A DNA stretch of 62,912 nt, the filler included, from Craspedostauros australis (Eukaryota): assembly GCA_030167865.1 (NCBI GenBank). It is 9 parts of 9 records of this genome, joined end to end, with 100 filler letters (N's around TTAATTAATTAA, not from the genome) between each part and the next. Parts side by side here need not be neighbours in the genome. Positions count along the whole stretch, not along the records: positions 39,376 to 60,127 come from JALAGF010000788.1; 8 more parts are not named here. One strand, 5' to 3'. Shown piece after piece: positions 48,254-59,183 of the stretch. A program made the translations under genes and the position numbers. The notes under the pieces are model-generated. The model was not told where the DNA came from, searched no databases, and saw only the letters and a program-made list of their open reading frames with translations. The first letter of the stretch is position 1, and each line of letters starts with the position of its first letter.

Positions 48254-50279
48254 ATGGAGGTTGGCGGCAACAATGGAATGCTGACGGTTGCTGCCACTGT
48301 GGCGGGCGCCTTCGCTCTTCTGTGGTACTTCCTGCTGCGTCCGCGCACGGGAGGCAAGGATGCTCCACCATGCTGCACGTCGTCCCCGATGAACAACATT
48401 CCCGTCTTTGGCGTCCTCGCGGAGTTCCTCGCACATCCCAACGACATGATGAAGCGATGCCACAAAGATTATGGCAACATCTTCACGATTCCCGTGCGTA
48501 TCATGCCAATCCTCGTGCAGCACCCCTCTGCGTTGTGTGCGCCTCTGAGTGCTCTATTGGAGTGCTCCGTCGCAGCTTGGGGTCTTACATTGCACACTGA
48601 TCTGCGTGGATGGATGGACAGATCGATGAATAGAGGGATAGAAGGATGAATGTACCGATGTTTCCATTGCGGCGGGGTGGCTTGATGAAGTCATGAAGTC
48701 GAGAAGGCAGATGCTCAGCAAACGAATGTTCGCTTTCGCCGCGAATTCCCGCCATCAGCTTCCGCCAGAGCACGACTCCAAAGAGAGCACAGGAATGGCA
48801 GTGGACGGGCATGCCTCCACTATCAGATACCCCTGATGCGAAACATTGCACCGTGCACCATCACGCACCGTTCTTACTTCGTTGCTGCCATCCGACCCAC
48901 ATCATCCTCGATGCACTCATTTCGCCCTTCTGTTTCTCTCTCTCTCTCTGCTCCACCATCTCCATCATATATCCAATGAACCGATTGGACCGATTGGCCA
49001 ACAGATCTTCCACAAACGCCTCACCTACCTCATTGGTCCAGAAGCCCAGCAGCTCTTCTTCACAGCACCCGACGAGGTCCTGTCACAGGATGAGTGCTAC
49101 GATTTCATGCAGGCTGTGTTCGGTCCAGACGTTGTGTACGACGCCACCAAGAGGAACCGTCAGGTCCAGTTCCAGACGATGGCCAACGGTCTCAGAACGA
49201 GCCGCATGAAGACGTACGTGGAGAAGGTCAAGTACGAGACGGAGCTCTACTTCAAGGAGCACTGGAATCTGGCCGATGGAGAGACCAGAGTCGTCGATAT
49301 CTTCAAAGACATGTCAGAGCTCACCATCCTCACTGCATCCCGCTGCCTGCACGGAGACGATGTGCGCCAGCACATCTTTGCAGACCTCCAGCGCCTGTAC
49401 CACGACCTGGATGCCGGTCTCACCCCTCTCACCACCATCTGGAGGCACGCACCCACCGCCCAACACGCCAGGCGTGATGCCGCACGCAAGGAGCTGGTCG
49501 AACTCTTCACCAAGGTCATCAAGGAGCGTCGCTTGTACCCAGAGCGCAGCGATGGCACCGACATCCTCAGCCTCTTCATGGAGATCAAGTACAAGGACGG
49601 CTCGTCCATCACGGAGGAGCAGGTCACAGGCCTGCTCATCGCGCTTCTATTCGCTGGACAGCACACATCCTGCATCACCTCCACGTGGTCCATCCTCTAC
49701 CTGCTGCACAACCCTGCCATCTTGAAGCGTGTCGAGGAGGAGCAGAAGAAGCTCAACGTCCCAACGGGCAAGAAGAAGGATGCTCTGCTCAACGAGGTCA
49801 AGCTTGATCTGGATGTCGTCAACGAAATGGAGCTGCTGCACAATTGCATGCGTGAGGTGTTACGTCTCTGTCCAACCTTCATCATGTTGCTGCGCAAGGC
49901 CTTGAAGGATATCGATGTGACCGTCGATGGCAAGAAGTACACCATCCCCGAGGGTGACATCGTCGGCGTCTCGCCAACCATCAGCATGCGGCTGGAAAGC
50001 ACCTTCCCGAATGCGGACAAGTTTGATCCTGACCGTTACGGACCTGGACGTGAAGAACACAAGATCCCCTACGCCTACATGGGCTTCGGCGGTGGCAGGC
50101 ATTCTTGCATGGGCCAATCCTTCGCCTTCATGCAGGTCAAGACGATCCTGTCAGTGCTCTTCAGCAACTACGAGCTCACCCCGTACGCCAAGACCTTGCC
50201 TCCCGTCAACTACAAGGACATGGTGGTCGGACCGGACGGAGACTGCCGCGTTACAATCACCAAGAAGAAGGTCGTCTGA
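48254..50279 (+). CDS. CYP51: Sterol 14-alpha-demethylase (504 aa); exons 48254-48493 and 49005-50279
   Basis: VFGPDVVYD, TASRCLHG, YHDLD.G, I-helix LLFAGQHTS, EVLR and heme motif FGGGRHSCMG. Phase-0 intron GTGCGT...AACAG; N-terminal TM. Confidence 0.95.
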
Positions 50280-51318
50280 GCCGCCTTTCCACAGCATGTC
50301 GATTCAATACAACATGGTACTGTACTTGAGCATAATATCCCGTTACACGCCATTGCCACGCTACGCATCCGCTGTTGGTGTGTCAAGTAAAGTAGCATTG
50401 GCAATCTCATATAATATCACTATTGCAATAATAATCCATAGATTGGAGCGATAGCAACAGGTGTCAGCTTTGTCATGGACGAAAGCGGTGGTGAGTCAAA
50501 CCTGAACATCGTTCTCGATGCATCAAAGGCCCACGATCGTGGCATCACGTTGGCTTCGGATTTGTGCAGAGGTACCAACCCACTTCACTCCAAACCCTGT
50601 GCCGCATTCTGCCGTACGTAGTCAAAAACGCGCCACAGGTAATGCGTCACTCCGAACGAGATGTCATGTTGCGATCTATTGTATTGTAATAATAGTACTA
50701 TATCACATCTTCAATCGCTTTGGTTGTTGCGTAAATGTCTCGAGAGTCAGGAATTGACGCATCCCACGTTTGAATGTGTTCCCATCGGTGGTACCAGCAC
50801 TCGATGGGCATTGCGTTGGTTTGCTCTTGAAGTCATGGCTGAAATATGTACATGCGTGATGTTCGATGGTATAGGTTTGTGAGGAGGCAGTCCGCCATTG
50901 TTTCACCAAGGAGCACATTTCCCATCACGATCCTCTTGGCTTGGACGAATCGATGGTGGTGATCGTGCAAGAGGCAAAGGTCCACTATCCGTCCACAATA
51001 GTCATCTACTTGTCGCCTCTGCCTGTTGTCCACAGTGTCTATCTGCTTGTCTACCTACTTGTCTACCTGTCTGTTGGTTCGATCGTTTGTGCATGCGAGG
51101 TAGCGTCCGAAGAATCATAGGTTTGGTATGTGCCCATGCTTGCAGTCGTGCATGTGAGTATGAGTATGCGCTTTGCGCGAAGCACTCAACCCACCCTTGC
51201 TTTCACGCCATCAAAGGCAAACAACCATGCTGGGTTGCACGTTGCATCAAGCAATCGTACGAGTATGCAGAGCACTCAACTCGATCCCGAACAGTCGCAG
51301 CACCTGACCGCCGCTCCT

Positions 51319-52113
51319 TCATTTGGTTCCGCACCCCAAGTTCTTTCGCAGCGACGGCGACACCGTCTTCTCGCCGACATACAATTCCAGCACGCCGCGT
51401 GCCAAGACGGCATCCTGCACCTGACCGAGGTACTTGTCTCGGACGGTGATGATGATGGTATCGCGTCCCTTCCACTCCAACGTCATCTGCTCGCGCTTCT
51501 TCATCTTGCCCTCTTCCATCATGCCATCGACGATGATATCGTACAGCTTCTTCTTGACGTCCTCGGCGGCGTTCTTGACCTGCGACAGCGCCTCGGCGAT
51601 GCGTTCGGGGCCCACCGTCATGCTGAATTGCATGAGCACGGCCTTGGGAGCGGTGGAATCCAGGATGTTGTCGGTGCAGGATTTGAGGGTGCTGTCGGCG
51701 CTGGACTGCAGCGACTTGACGACGGGCGCCGACATGTAGAGACCCAGCGAGTAGACGTTGAGAATCGCCAGCTTGCGCGTGCCGACTCCCATGAGGGCGA
51801 GCGACGGGCGCTTGGAGACGTAGAAGGGGAGGGTGGACGGGAAGGCCAGGCCCGTGGAGGAATCCGTCTGCGCGTTCTCGTCCTCGGCCACCATGGCCGC
51901 GAATTTGGCGATATTTTGTATGGACGGTGGCGGAGCTGAGGAGGAGGAGTCGCTGGTGGTGGCCGAAGTGCCGGTCGAGAGCGTGTGGAACAGATCCACG
52001 ATCGTGGAGGACGGGGCGGTGGATCCGGCCAGCATGTTCTCGCTGTAGGTACCGGCGTGGAAGGCCAGTAGGGCCACCAGCACCATCGCGATCAGATCAG
52101 AGAAGCTCAGCAT
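51319..52113 (-). CDS. Chalcone-isomerase-fold protein (fatty-acid-binding type) with an N-terminal signal/anchor (264 aa)
   Basis: TGLAFP, LMGVGTRKLAILNVYSLGLY, LARGVLELYVGEKTVSPSLR. Confidence 0.85.
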   Translation of the reverse strand: MLSFSDLIAMVLVALLAFHAGTYSENMLAGSTAPSSTIVDLFHTLSTGTSATTSDSSSSAPPPSIQNIAKFAAMVAEDENAQTDSSTGLAFPSTLPFYVSKRPSLALMGVGTRKLAILNVYSLGLYMSAPVVKSLQSSADSTLKSCTDNILDSTAPKAVLMQFSMTVGPERIAEALSQVKNAAEDVKKKLYDIIVDGMMEEGKMKKREQMTLEWKGRDTIIITVRDKYLGQVQDAVLARGVLELYVGEKTVSPSLRKNLGCGTK

Positions 52114-53096
52114 CTTGCGTTCGATTGAATTCCTCGTTGTCGTTGTCGCTGTGCATGCAACGCGAATGTGGATTTCTGTATTTGTTGTGGATCCAAGTAC
52201 TCTTATGTGGCTCAATCGATGAATTGACAAACGCCTGTCCAGTGATGAGATGCGGATGCGGCCGGAATGAATCGTCGTCGTCGGAGGGACATGCGAGATG
52301 CCGATGTCTTCCCCAAAAGTTTGAGATCCATGTGTTTTTCCGCTTCGTTTGGTGGCCATGTGGCCTGTTTTGTTGGGCACAACATGACGGATCGGGGTGG
52401 CGAAATTAGGCGACCGGCGCAGTTACGTGTGGCGTTGTTCCGGATCCAAACTTCAAAAGGGATCATTTTTGGAGAGACGGACAGGCGTTCACTCGTGGAT
52501 ACGAAAGCAGACAACGAGAATGTCACACACGGTGACACAGACAAACGAATTGCGTTGAATGTTGGAACAAGGTGTATGGAAGCCTATTGAGTAAATCTAG
52601 ATATGGGGATCGTGATCCAACCAACACTGCGTAGTCGTACTGTGTCCTTTGTAGAGAGAGTACAGTTAGATGGACGACAATGACGAGGGCCTGCGATGAT
52701 CGTCACAACCGATTAGAGGAGACTAAAATGATTGGAGAGATGTTGTGATGCAGGGAGAAGTATGGCTCGTGGGAGAGGGTGCGCCTACTGTTCATGTGAC
52801 GTTCACTTGGCCATCGCTTGTGTGTTCGCATCTGTGTGTCCGCGTCGAACCTGATGCCGAAATTCTCTGTTGGTGGCGAAGATACGAACCACGCGCCAAG
52901 CGGAACAGACAAAGGCCGAGGAATCAGAAGCATGGCACACAATTCCGAAACCGGGAGGCAGCTCACTGGAACAACCCCAAGCCGTTCCTTCCTGCTTCGT
53001 CGTTTCCGCGTTGGCTGCTCTCCAATCCAATCCAATACAATACAATCTCATTCAGTCAGCACAACACAGCACAACATAACACAGCACAGGACAACC

Positions 53097-54101
53097 ATGA
53101 GTGTGCACGAGCACTTTGCAGACATCGCGGAGGTCCGCGAGGGTCGTTCCCTGTTCGTCCGCTGCCTCTCGATCGGCACCGAGAAGCTCTCGGAGACCAC
53201 CCTCAATCTGGTCTGCGTCCATGGCACCGTGGGCGCCTGCAAGCAGTTCGATGACTTCTGGGAGCCCCTGTCCGCCAATCTCTCCGCGACGCCCAACCAG
53301 AGCCTCAAGTTGGCCGTCTGGATGTTCGACTCTCTGGGCTGCGGCAGAACGCCCGTCCCACCGCGCAACGCGACTTCCGCGGCAGACTTCGCCGACATGG
53401 AGATCGAGAAGGACATCCACGCGCTCATCACTGGCAAGGTCGACACCACGAAGCCCGTCATCTTCATGGGACATTCCTACGCGCCGCAAAACATCCTCAA
53501 GGTGGTGCGGGACTTTCCCGTCATTCGCAAGGTCACGGCGGGATTCATCCTGTGCAACACGGGGTTCATGGGCGATCATTCCGACCTCGTCAACGGTGGG
53601 CCGTCTATCTTCAAGCTTCCGATCTGGCTGCTCAACTGCATGCAACCCATACTCACGAAGTCGTTCCTCGAGATGGGGTTCTCGCCGGCCGCCAAGCCGG
53701 AGGTCCTGGAGGCTGCCAGGATCGATAGCAACAAGAATGACATGCTCATGTGCCGGTATTACTACGGCGCACATATCTGGTTGACAGAGGACGAAGCGAA
53801 GGCGATCGTTACCAACCTCGCAGCGGCCGGAAGTGGCGCCCAGAATGAAGATGACGCCGCAAACGAGGAAAGCTCATCTCCACCTCCTGCGACGCCGACG
53901 CCTTCCCTCGTCCTGCATGGCGTCGATGATCAGCTGGTCCCGATCCGTTGTGGCGAATTGGTGGTGAAGGCGCTGGATTGCGCGCAACCCCTGGTGGCCG
54001 TCGATGACGCGGGGCACGAGATTTTTGAAGAGCAACCGGCCTTTGTGGCGGAAAGTGTTGCCAAGTTTCTGCTGGACAACTTCGGTTCCTCGACGAAATG
54101 A
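53097..54101 (+). CDS. Alpha/beta-fold hydrolase (334 aa)
   Basis: CVHG oxyanion motif, FDSLGCGRT, MGHSYA (Ser), LHGVDDQLVP (Asp), AGHEIFEEQP (His). Confidence 0.9.
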   Translation: MSVHEHFADIAEVREGRSLFVRCLSIGTEKLSETTLNLVCVHGTVGACKQFDDFWEPLSANLSATPNQSLKLAVWMFDSLGCGRTPVPPRNATSAADFADMEIEKDIHALITGKVDTTKPVIFMGHSYAPQNILKVVRDFPVIRKVTAGFILCNTGFMGDHSDLVNGGPSIFKLPIWLLNCMQPILTKSFLEMGFSPAAKPEVLEAARIDSNKNDMLMCRYYYGAHIWLTEDEAKAIVTNLAAAGSGAQNEDDAANEESSSPPPATPTPSLVLHGVDDQLVPIRCGELVVKALDCAQPLVAVDDAGHEIFEEQPAFVAESVAKFLLDNFGSSTK

Positions 54102-54885
54102 TGCTGTGACAAGCGCAGAGTTCGATTGGTGCAAGTGGGCGTGCGGTCATGGGTATGGGCATGGGCATACGTTGGATCGCTCCTGCAACGAGCGCACGGG
54201 AGGCAAAGTATGTCCATGACCCCCACAACCTGTTCTCTCCAATAATATTATACTTCAACTAATAGTGCATTCAAGCAGAACATTGTCAGTGTACGTTCTC
54301 CACGTACTCCACACATGGCACAGGCAGGTCGATTGGAGAATGACGGTGTTGTTGTGCGCAAGATTTCAGAGATTTCGTTGCTGCAAGTGTCACAATTGTT
54401 GTTGTAGTCGTACGCACTTGCTATGCCCGACTCTCCTCCAACCCAGGCACCTATTATACTTGTTGTTCGTACCTGAAGCTCATGTTACCTGCTGTGTCAA
54501 GAGCGGCAACAACAACAAATCGTGGATCAGTCACCAGATCGTATCCATGACTGGCGAACACGAAGTCACGTGTTGGGTCATCAAATTCGTGAACCAAACG
54601 AGAAAGCAACCAAACAACAAATCACATGACACAGGCGCAATGTCGTCGATCATGGGCTGTCCGAGCTGATCGTAGTCGTACGCAATGGCCGATACATCTC
54701 CTCGAGATGATTCTTCTATGCATGTTGCAGGCCACAGTTCATTTGCATCTGCATCTGCATCTGCACCCATAATACTTGGAGAACAATGACATAGCATCGA
54801 GCTGCTCAACCACAATCGCATCGTGACTCGTCCGATCTACGTATTAGTACAATAGATCGCATTAATTCGGAGGTCTTCAGAAGAC

Positions 54886-57189
54886 ATGACCCATGTCCGT
54901 CAGAAGCGTGGGACGAGCGCCCGAACAACTCTCGTGTTGGGTCTGACTGGTGTGGGCCTGCTCTTCTGCATCCTCCGCGTCTACCGTCGCCATCTCGACG
55001 TCTTTCCTGGATCAAACTCTCCCAAGGATCTGGAGGTTGATCATGAACATCTCCGACACAACGACCAACAGCCGTCACAACGCGTCGCACCAGTACTGAA
55101 TCGGGATCGATCCAATGGCATTGCCAACGACAGGACCAATGGCAGTACCGACAATGAGAGGAGCGTCCATCCAGCCTCCGATCTTCAGCAACCGTCGGAC
55201 GCCGCCGGCCTGCGTCAGCACCCTTACCATCTACTCTGGGGAATCCAGAGCACCGACGACGAGAAGGGAAGGCAACGGCGCTCCGCATTGCGCCAAACCT
55301 ACCTCGATGATGACAAGGTGTGCAATTGGTTGGAGTATATGAACGCGAATGGACATGGCATTGTGCCTTCCGCAGATGCAGTGGCATCCAACATGCATGG
55401 AAGCAACAGCGACGGCGTGCCACACAACAGCACACCGTTAAGCTACGATGCATGCGTCATGTTCTACACGTTCGTTGTTGGCGCGGATCCATCGCGATCA
55501 TCACCCCTACGAGCATCAACCGTATCAGCCAACAGAGGGACTCAGTCCGCAGGCGTGCCAACGCGTGAGGCGGATGTCATCCACGTCGACACCAAGAAGA
55601 GGGGCAAGGTCGCAGCTGCAATGCAAACATTCATTCAATGGTATCACCACGCCTCAAGACATCCTGGGACGGAAGACGGTGGTGCAACGATCTATGTTGG
55701 ATGTGCCTTGGATGACACGTTGATTGCCACCGATCTCCTGCATCGGACCCTTTCGAATCACACGCTCCAATATTCGCAACCGCAGAACAATCAGCAGACA
55801 AAGGCAACATCACCCATCCAGGATACCATGTTCGTCACTCGCTTCGTCATGGCTCAGCCCAAGAAGAAGCCTCGGTATTGGATCTTATCCCAAGATGTCG
55901 TCCGCTCCATCCTTCCCTCGAAGTGTGTTACAGTCCTCTTCCAGCCCAGATCGGATGCGTCGTCGGATCCAATCAAGCTATTCGCCAAACGACTCCAGTC
56001 ATGCCATCCCAGGCCTTTGCAGAAGATCACCATCCCATGGCAGTTCAGCCAGTTCACGATGCACGATGTCCCGTCACCTTCCTTGTCATCCCCACTGCTC
56101 CAAATAGACGACGACCCCGCCATCCTGCTGGAGGACTGGCCGCACCTCCGACTCTACATGGATCAGTTTGCGCACACTGCCTGGTCCAAGGAGATGCATG
56201 ACACGTCCATGATTGACACGCTCCAAAAGCTGCGCATTGCTTTTACTGATATCCCGCCGCCACCGCATCCATGGAGCAAGTATCAAACTGCCCTGAGCAT
56301 TGACGATAACAGCACTAATGTGACATCCAGCGCGGCCCAACCGCAACAGGTGATCGCCATTTCTGCCAAATTCGGAGCCCATGCCAAGTTCGCTGCGGCC
56401 GCTCGTAAGATAGCAAGGATTATCCACAGCACCTGCCTATTTCAGGAATCGCAGATCCATACCTACGACACATTTCTGCCATACATGATGGACGACATGC
56501 GATTCCAGCAGCACTTGGCGTTCCTCAACAGCACCGCTGCCGCCATGGACAACGTCAACGACAACTCTCATCGCAATCCGTACTCAGGTGCGCGAGGCGG
56601 AGGTTATTGGTTCTGGAAACCGCTGCTGATCCAACACCACATGCGCGATCTGAAGGACGGCGATTGGATCGTCTACAACGATGTGGATACGCATTCTCAC
56701 TTCCAGTTCCTGCCGCAGCTGGTCGCCACCATGGACGATCGCAACGCTGATTTCGCCATGTCGAAGGTCGAATTTGCAGAATCCGAATGGGTCAAGCGGG
56801 ACGTCTTCATCCACTTCTGCGAGCAGGACGGTGGCGGAAAGAGAGCCACGCAGCAACAGCACCAACATGGTGCATCGAATCAGTACTACGCGGCATGGTT
56901 GGTGCTTCGCAAGACGCCGGGCACAGTCCAATTCATCGATGAATGGGTGGATGCCATGGCGCACTACGATTGGATCAACGATACGCCCAGCAAGCTTCAC
57001 AAGGAGCTGAAGCAGTTCCAAGAGCATCGCCATGACCAGTCAATCCTAAGTCTTCTCATGAAGTGCAGGTTCCAGGAGCCCCGCAAGCAGCACTTTCGGT
57101 GGGGAATGGCAGTGCCGTCCACTCAGCAGGTGTACATGTTTGATTTGGGCCAGAGCACAGTCCTGTCATTGAAACAGATCAGAGCTTGA
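54886..57189 (+). CDS. Type II membrane protein (767 aa) with a degenerate GT31-like module and a C-terminal glycosyltransferase-like domain
   Basis: N-terminal TM. Module 1: RRSALRQTY, YTFVVG, EADVIHV, YVGCALDDTLI. Module 2: RGGGYWFWKP, GDWIVYNDVD, WVKRDV, FQEHRHDQSILSLL. Confidence 0.7.
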   Translation: MTHVRQKRGTSARTTLVLGLTGVGLLFCILRVYRRHLDVFPGSNSPKDLEVDHEHLRHNDQQPSQRVAPVLNRDRSNGIANDRTNGSTDNERSVHPASDLQQPSDAAGLRQHPYHLLWGIQSTDDEKGRQRRSALRQTYLDDDKVCNWLEYMNANGHGIVPSADAVASNMHGSNSDGVPHNSTPLSYDACVMFYTFVVGADPSRSSPLRASTVSANRGTQSAGVPTREADVIHVDTKKRGKVAAAMQTFIQWYHHASRHPGTEDGGATIYVGCALDDTLIATDLLHRTLSNHTLQYSQPQNNQQTKATSPIQDTMFVTRFVMAQPKKKPRYWILSQDVVRSILPSKCVTVLFQPRSDASSDPIKLFAKRLQSCHPRPLQKITIPWQFSQFTMHDVPSPSLSSPLLQIDDDPAILLEDWPHLRLYMDQFAHTAWSKEMHDTSMIDTLQKLRIAFTDIPPPPHPWSKYQTALSIDDNSTNVTSSAAQPQQVIAISAKFGAHAKFAAAARKIARIIHSTCLFQESQIHTYDTFLPYMMDDMRFQQHLAFLNSTAAAMDNVNDNSHRNPYSGARGGGYWFWKPLLIQHHMRDLKDGDWIVYNDVDTHSHFQFLPQLVATMDDRNADFAMSKVEFAESEWVKRDVFIHFCEQDGGGKRATQQQHQHGASNQYYAAWLVLRKTPGTVQFIDEWVDAMAHYDWINDTPSKLHKELKQFQEHRHDQSILSLLMKCRFQEPRKQHFRWGMAVPSTQQVYMFDLGQSTVLSLKQIRA

Positions 57190-58163
57190 GCAAAGCTGGA
57201 TAATAATCGGATGAACGTGGTATGATGAAGTATGATATGTACGAATAGTACAACTATGTACTCGTTGCGTGTTCGAAGGTGATCTTGGAATCGATGCGAG
57301 GAGCAGCTTCATCTTCCGCCTTCAACCCATCGAAATACAATAGAAGCTATGGTAAATTATTATTTTATGTTGTAAATGAATCGCACGGAGTCGACGGTTC
57401 CAGGATGGACGTAAATATTGGCGTTCAATATTGACGATCTTTTTGAACCGAATAAGTGTCACATGTGACATGATTCAAAATGACCATCCAAGTCTCTTGA
57501 ATCGTTTTTGTCAACACCAAGACCCACAATTCACCGATTTTGTCGATGTGACATGAGAATGTCCTTTTTCGTTCTGTCTCGCCCAAAGAATCTCCGACAC
57601 ATGCCGACTGCCATCTGTGATGTCGTGCCACAACATGTGTGAAAATGAAAACCGTTTTTGTCGACATTTCAAATGTTGTTGAGACGGGTCAAGACAGGGA
57701 AAGGACATTGAGATCGAGCCATAGTTACGGTCTTTCGCCCAATCAGATTCCGTTCATCAACGATTTTAATTATGCAAGCTCGTGGCCCAGGTTGTTCGGT
57801 GGGTCGTGGTTGTTCGGTCGCCAAGTTTCGCGGTCTGTTGCGTTCAGACGAGCATCGCGCGAAAAAGATGCAGGGCAGCCGTGTTGTTACTACCGGTTTT
57901 GTACTGGTGTGTTCCAGTATCGTCGTGTGTGTGTGTGCTTGGCGACGGCGAGCACGGTTGTTGGTTGCCTTGTTGCCGTTTCTCCTCGTCCAAGCGGCAG
58001 CGCGAAAACGGAGACTTCACCCTGTCGTCGCTTTTCTCTCCGACTCAACCATAATCAAAGTACTCTGCATAATCTGCTGCATACTTTCCATACCGTCCAT
58101 ACTCGTCACACGTCCCACACCATCCGCTTACCCGCACGCTACAGTCAACACAGATATCCCAAC

Positions 58164-58325
58164 ATGAAGGTCATCCAAGCAATCACCCTCCTCGTCGTCG
58201 CCATGGTCGGCGCAGTGTCCGCCATCGATGAAGAGCTCACCGTCGCCGTCCCGCGCCGTCAGCTGAAGACATTCAACCCAGCACACAAGAAGGCCAAGTA
58301 CTATCCAGGCATGGAGGGCGTGTAA
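58164..58325 (+). CDS. Small secreted peptide precursor (53 aa): signal peptide, acidic pro-region, RQL site, Lys/Tyr-rich peptide
   Basis: MKVIQAITLLVVAMVGAVSA-IDEELTVAVPRRQL-KTFNPAHKKAKYYPGMEGV*. AACATG start context, A/C-rich leader, mostly C/G-ending codons. Confidence 0.7.
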   Translation: MKVIQAITLLVVAMVGAVSAIDEELTVAVPRRQLKTFNPAHKKAKYYPGMEGV

Positions 58326-58859
58326 GCCTGACGCTCCTCTGGATGTTCTTGCTGCGTGTGCAGACACAAGAGCCGCACGCGTACCATCTGAGAGCCGAAC
58401 GAGGGAGACGGAAGCACGGTGCGCAAGAGTCGAAACGATCCATTGCGGCACGTGCCCTAGACTGCTGCACAAGTCTAGTTACGATTTCGCCAGCATACAC
58501 GCGAACACGTTCCTGGCAGTAGCAACAACGATGGCAATCTCCGTGCAGAACATTGGCCGAGATCTTATGAAGATCAGGCGGCCACACGTGGCCGTCTTCA
58601 TCCGGACCAACTATGGCGACGGTGAAAGCCGAAGCTCGTCGTTGCAGCAACCAACAACGCCACCCTTGCGGTGGATTGTGAACAGTGTAACAATGAACCA
58701 ATAGACACTCTATATGATATTACATGGAATCCGTGTGCTCCACTCCACTCTACCGTTTGTATGAGCGCATTGCGCAGCGCCCTCTTGTCACGCACGTTTA
58801 TCACTCTATCATAGGGGAAGGGAGTTTGCGGTTGATTCGTTGATGTACCAATACTAGTA

Positions 58860-59183
58860 TTATGAGCCCGATCAGCGAGTCGACCAACTGTTTGCAATCA
58901 ACATTCCATATTTTTTTCCCGGATTTAAAAACTAAGCTCATATTCATAATCCTAGTAGATCTAAAACATATACTGACCCATTTACGATTTCCGGTTCCTC
59001 CTGTTTTTACCTTTTATGAGCCCCCCGAGTGAGTCGACCTGCACTTTGTCCTGGGACTCAACACCTTTTTTCTCGGATATCCAAACAAATCACATATTCG
59101 TAATCCCCATGTTCTAAAACCAAATACTGATTCAAATTACTTTCCGGTTAGACCTTATTTTAAGTTTTATGGTCCCATCAAGG
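58860..59183 (-). repeat. Tandem pair of ~154-bp AT-rich units (diverged 58860-59013; conserved 59014-59183)
   Basis: Both units share TTATGAGCCC, GAGTCGACC, TTTTTTC.CGGAT, CATATTC.TAATCC, TCTAAAAC, ATACTGA and TTTCCGGTT in the same order. The second unit is about 95% identical to 176-345. Confidence 0.88.

Noticed and set aside
23413..50279. Sterol cluster linking the Patched/NPC1-like gene with CYP51
   Set aside because: They lie on different contigs separated by four artificial joins.
176..59183. A 59-kb giant transposon bounded by the 170-bp inverted repeats
   Set aside because: Six artificial contig joins lie between the copies, so distance and orientation are unreliable. The interior is ordinary host genes, no TSD is visible, and one copy is part of a tandem array.
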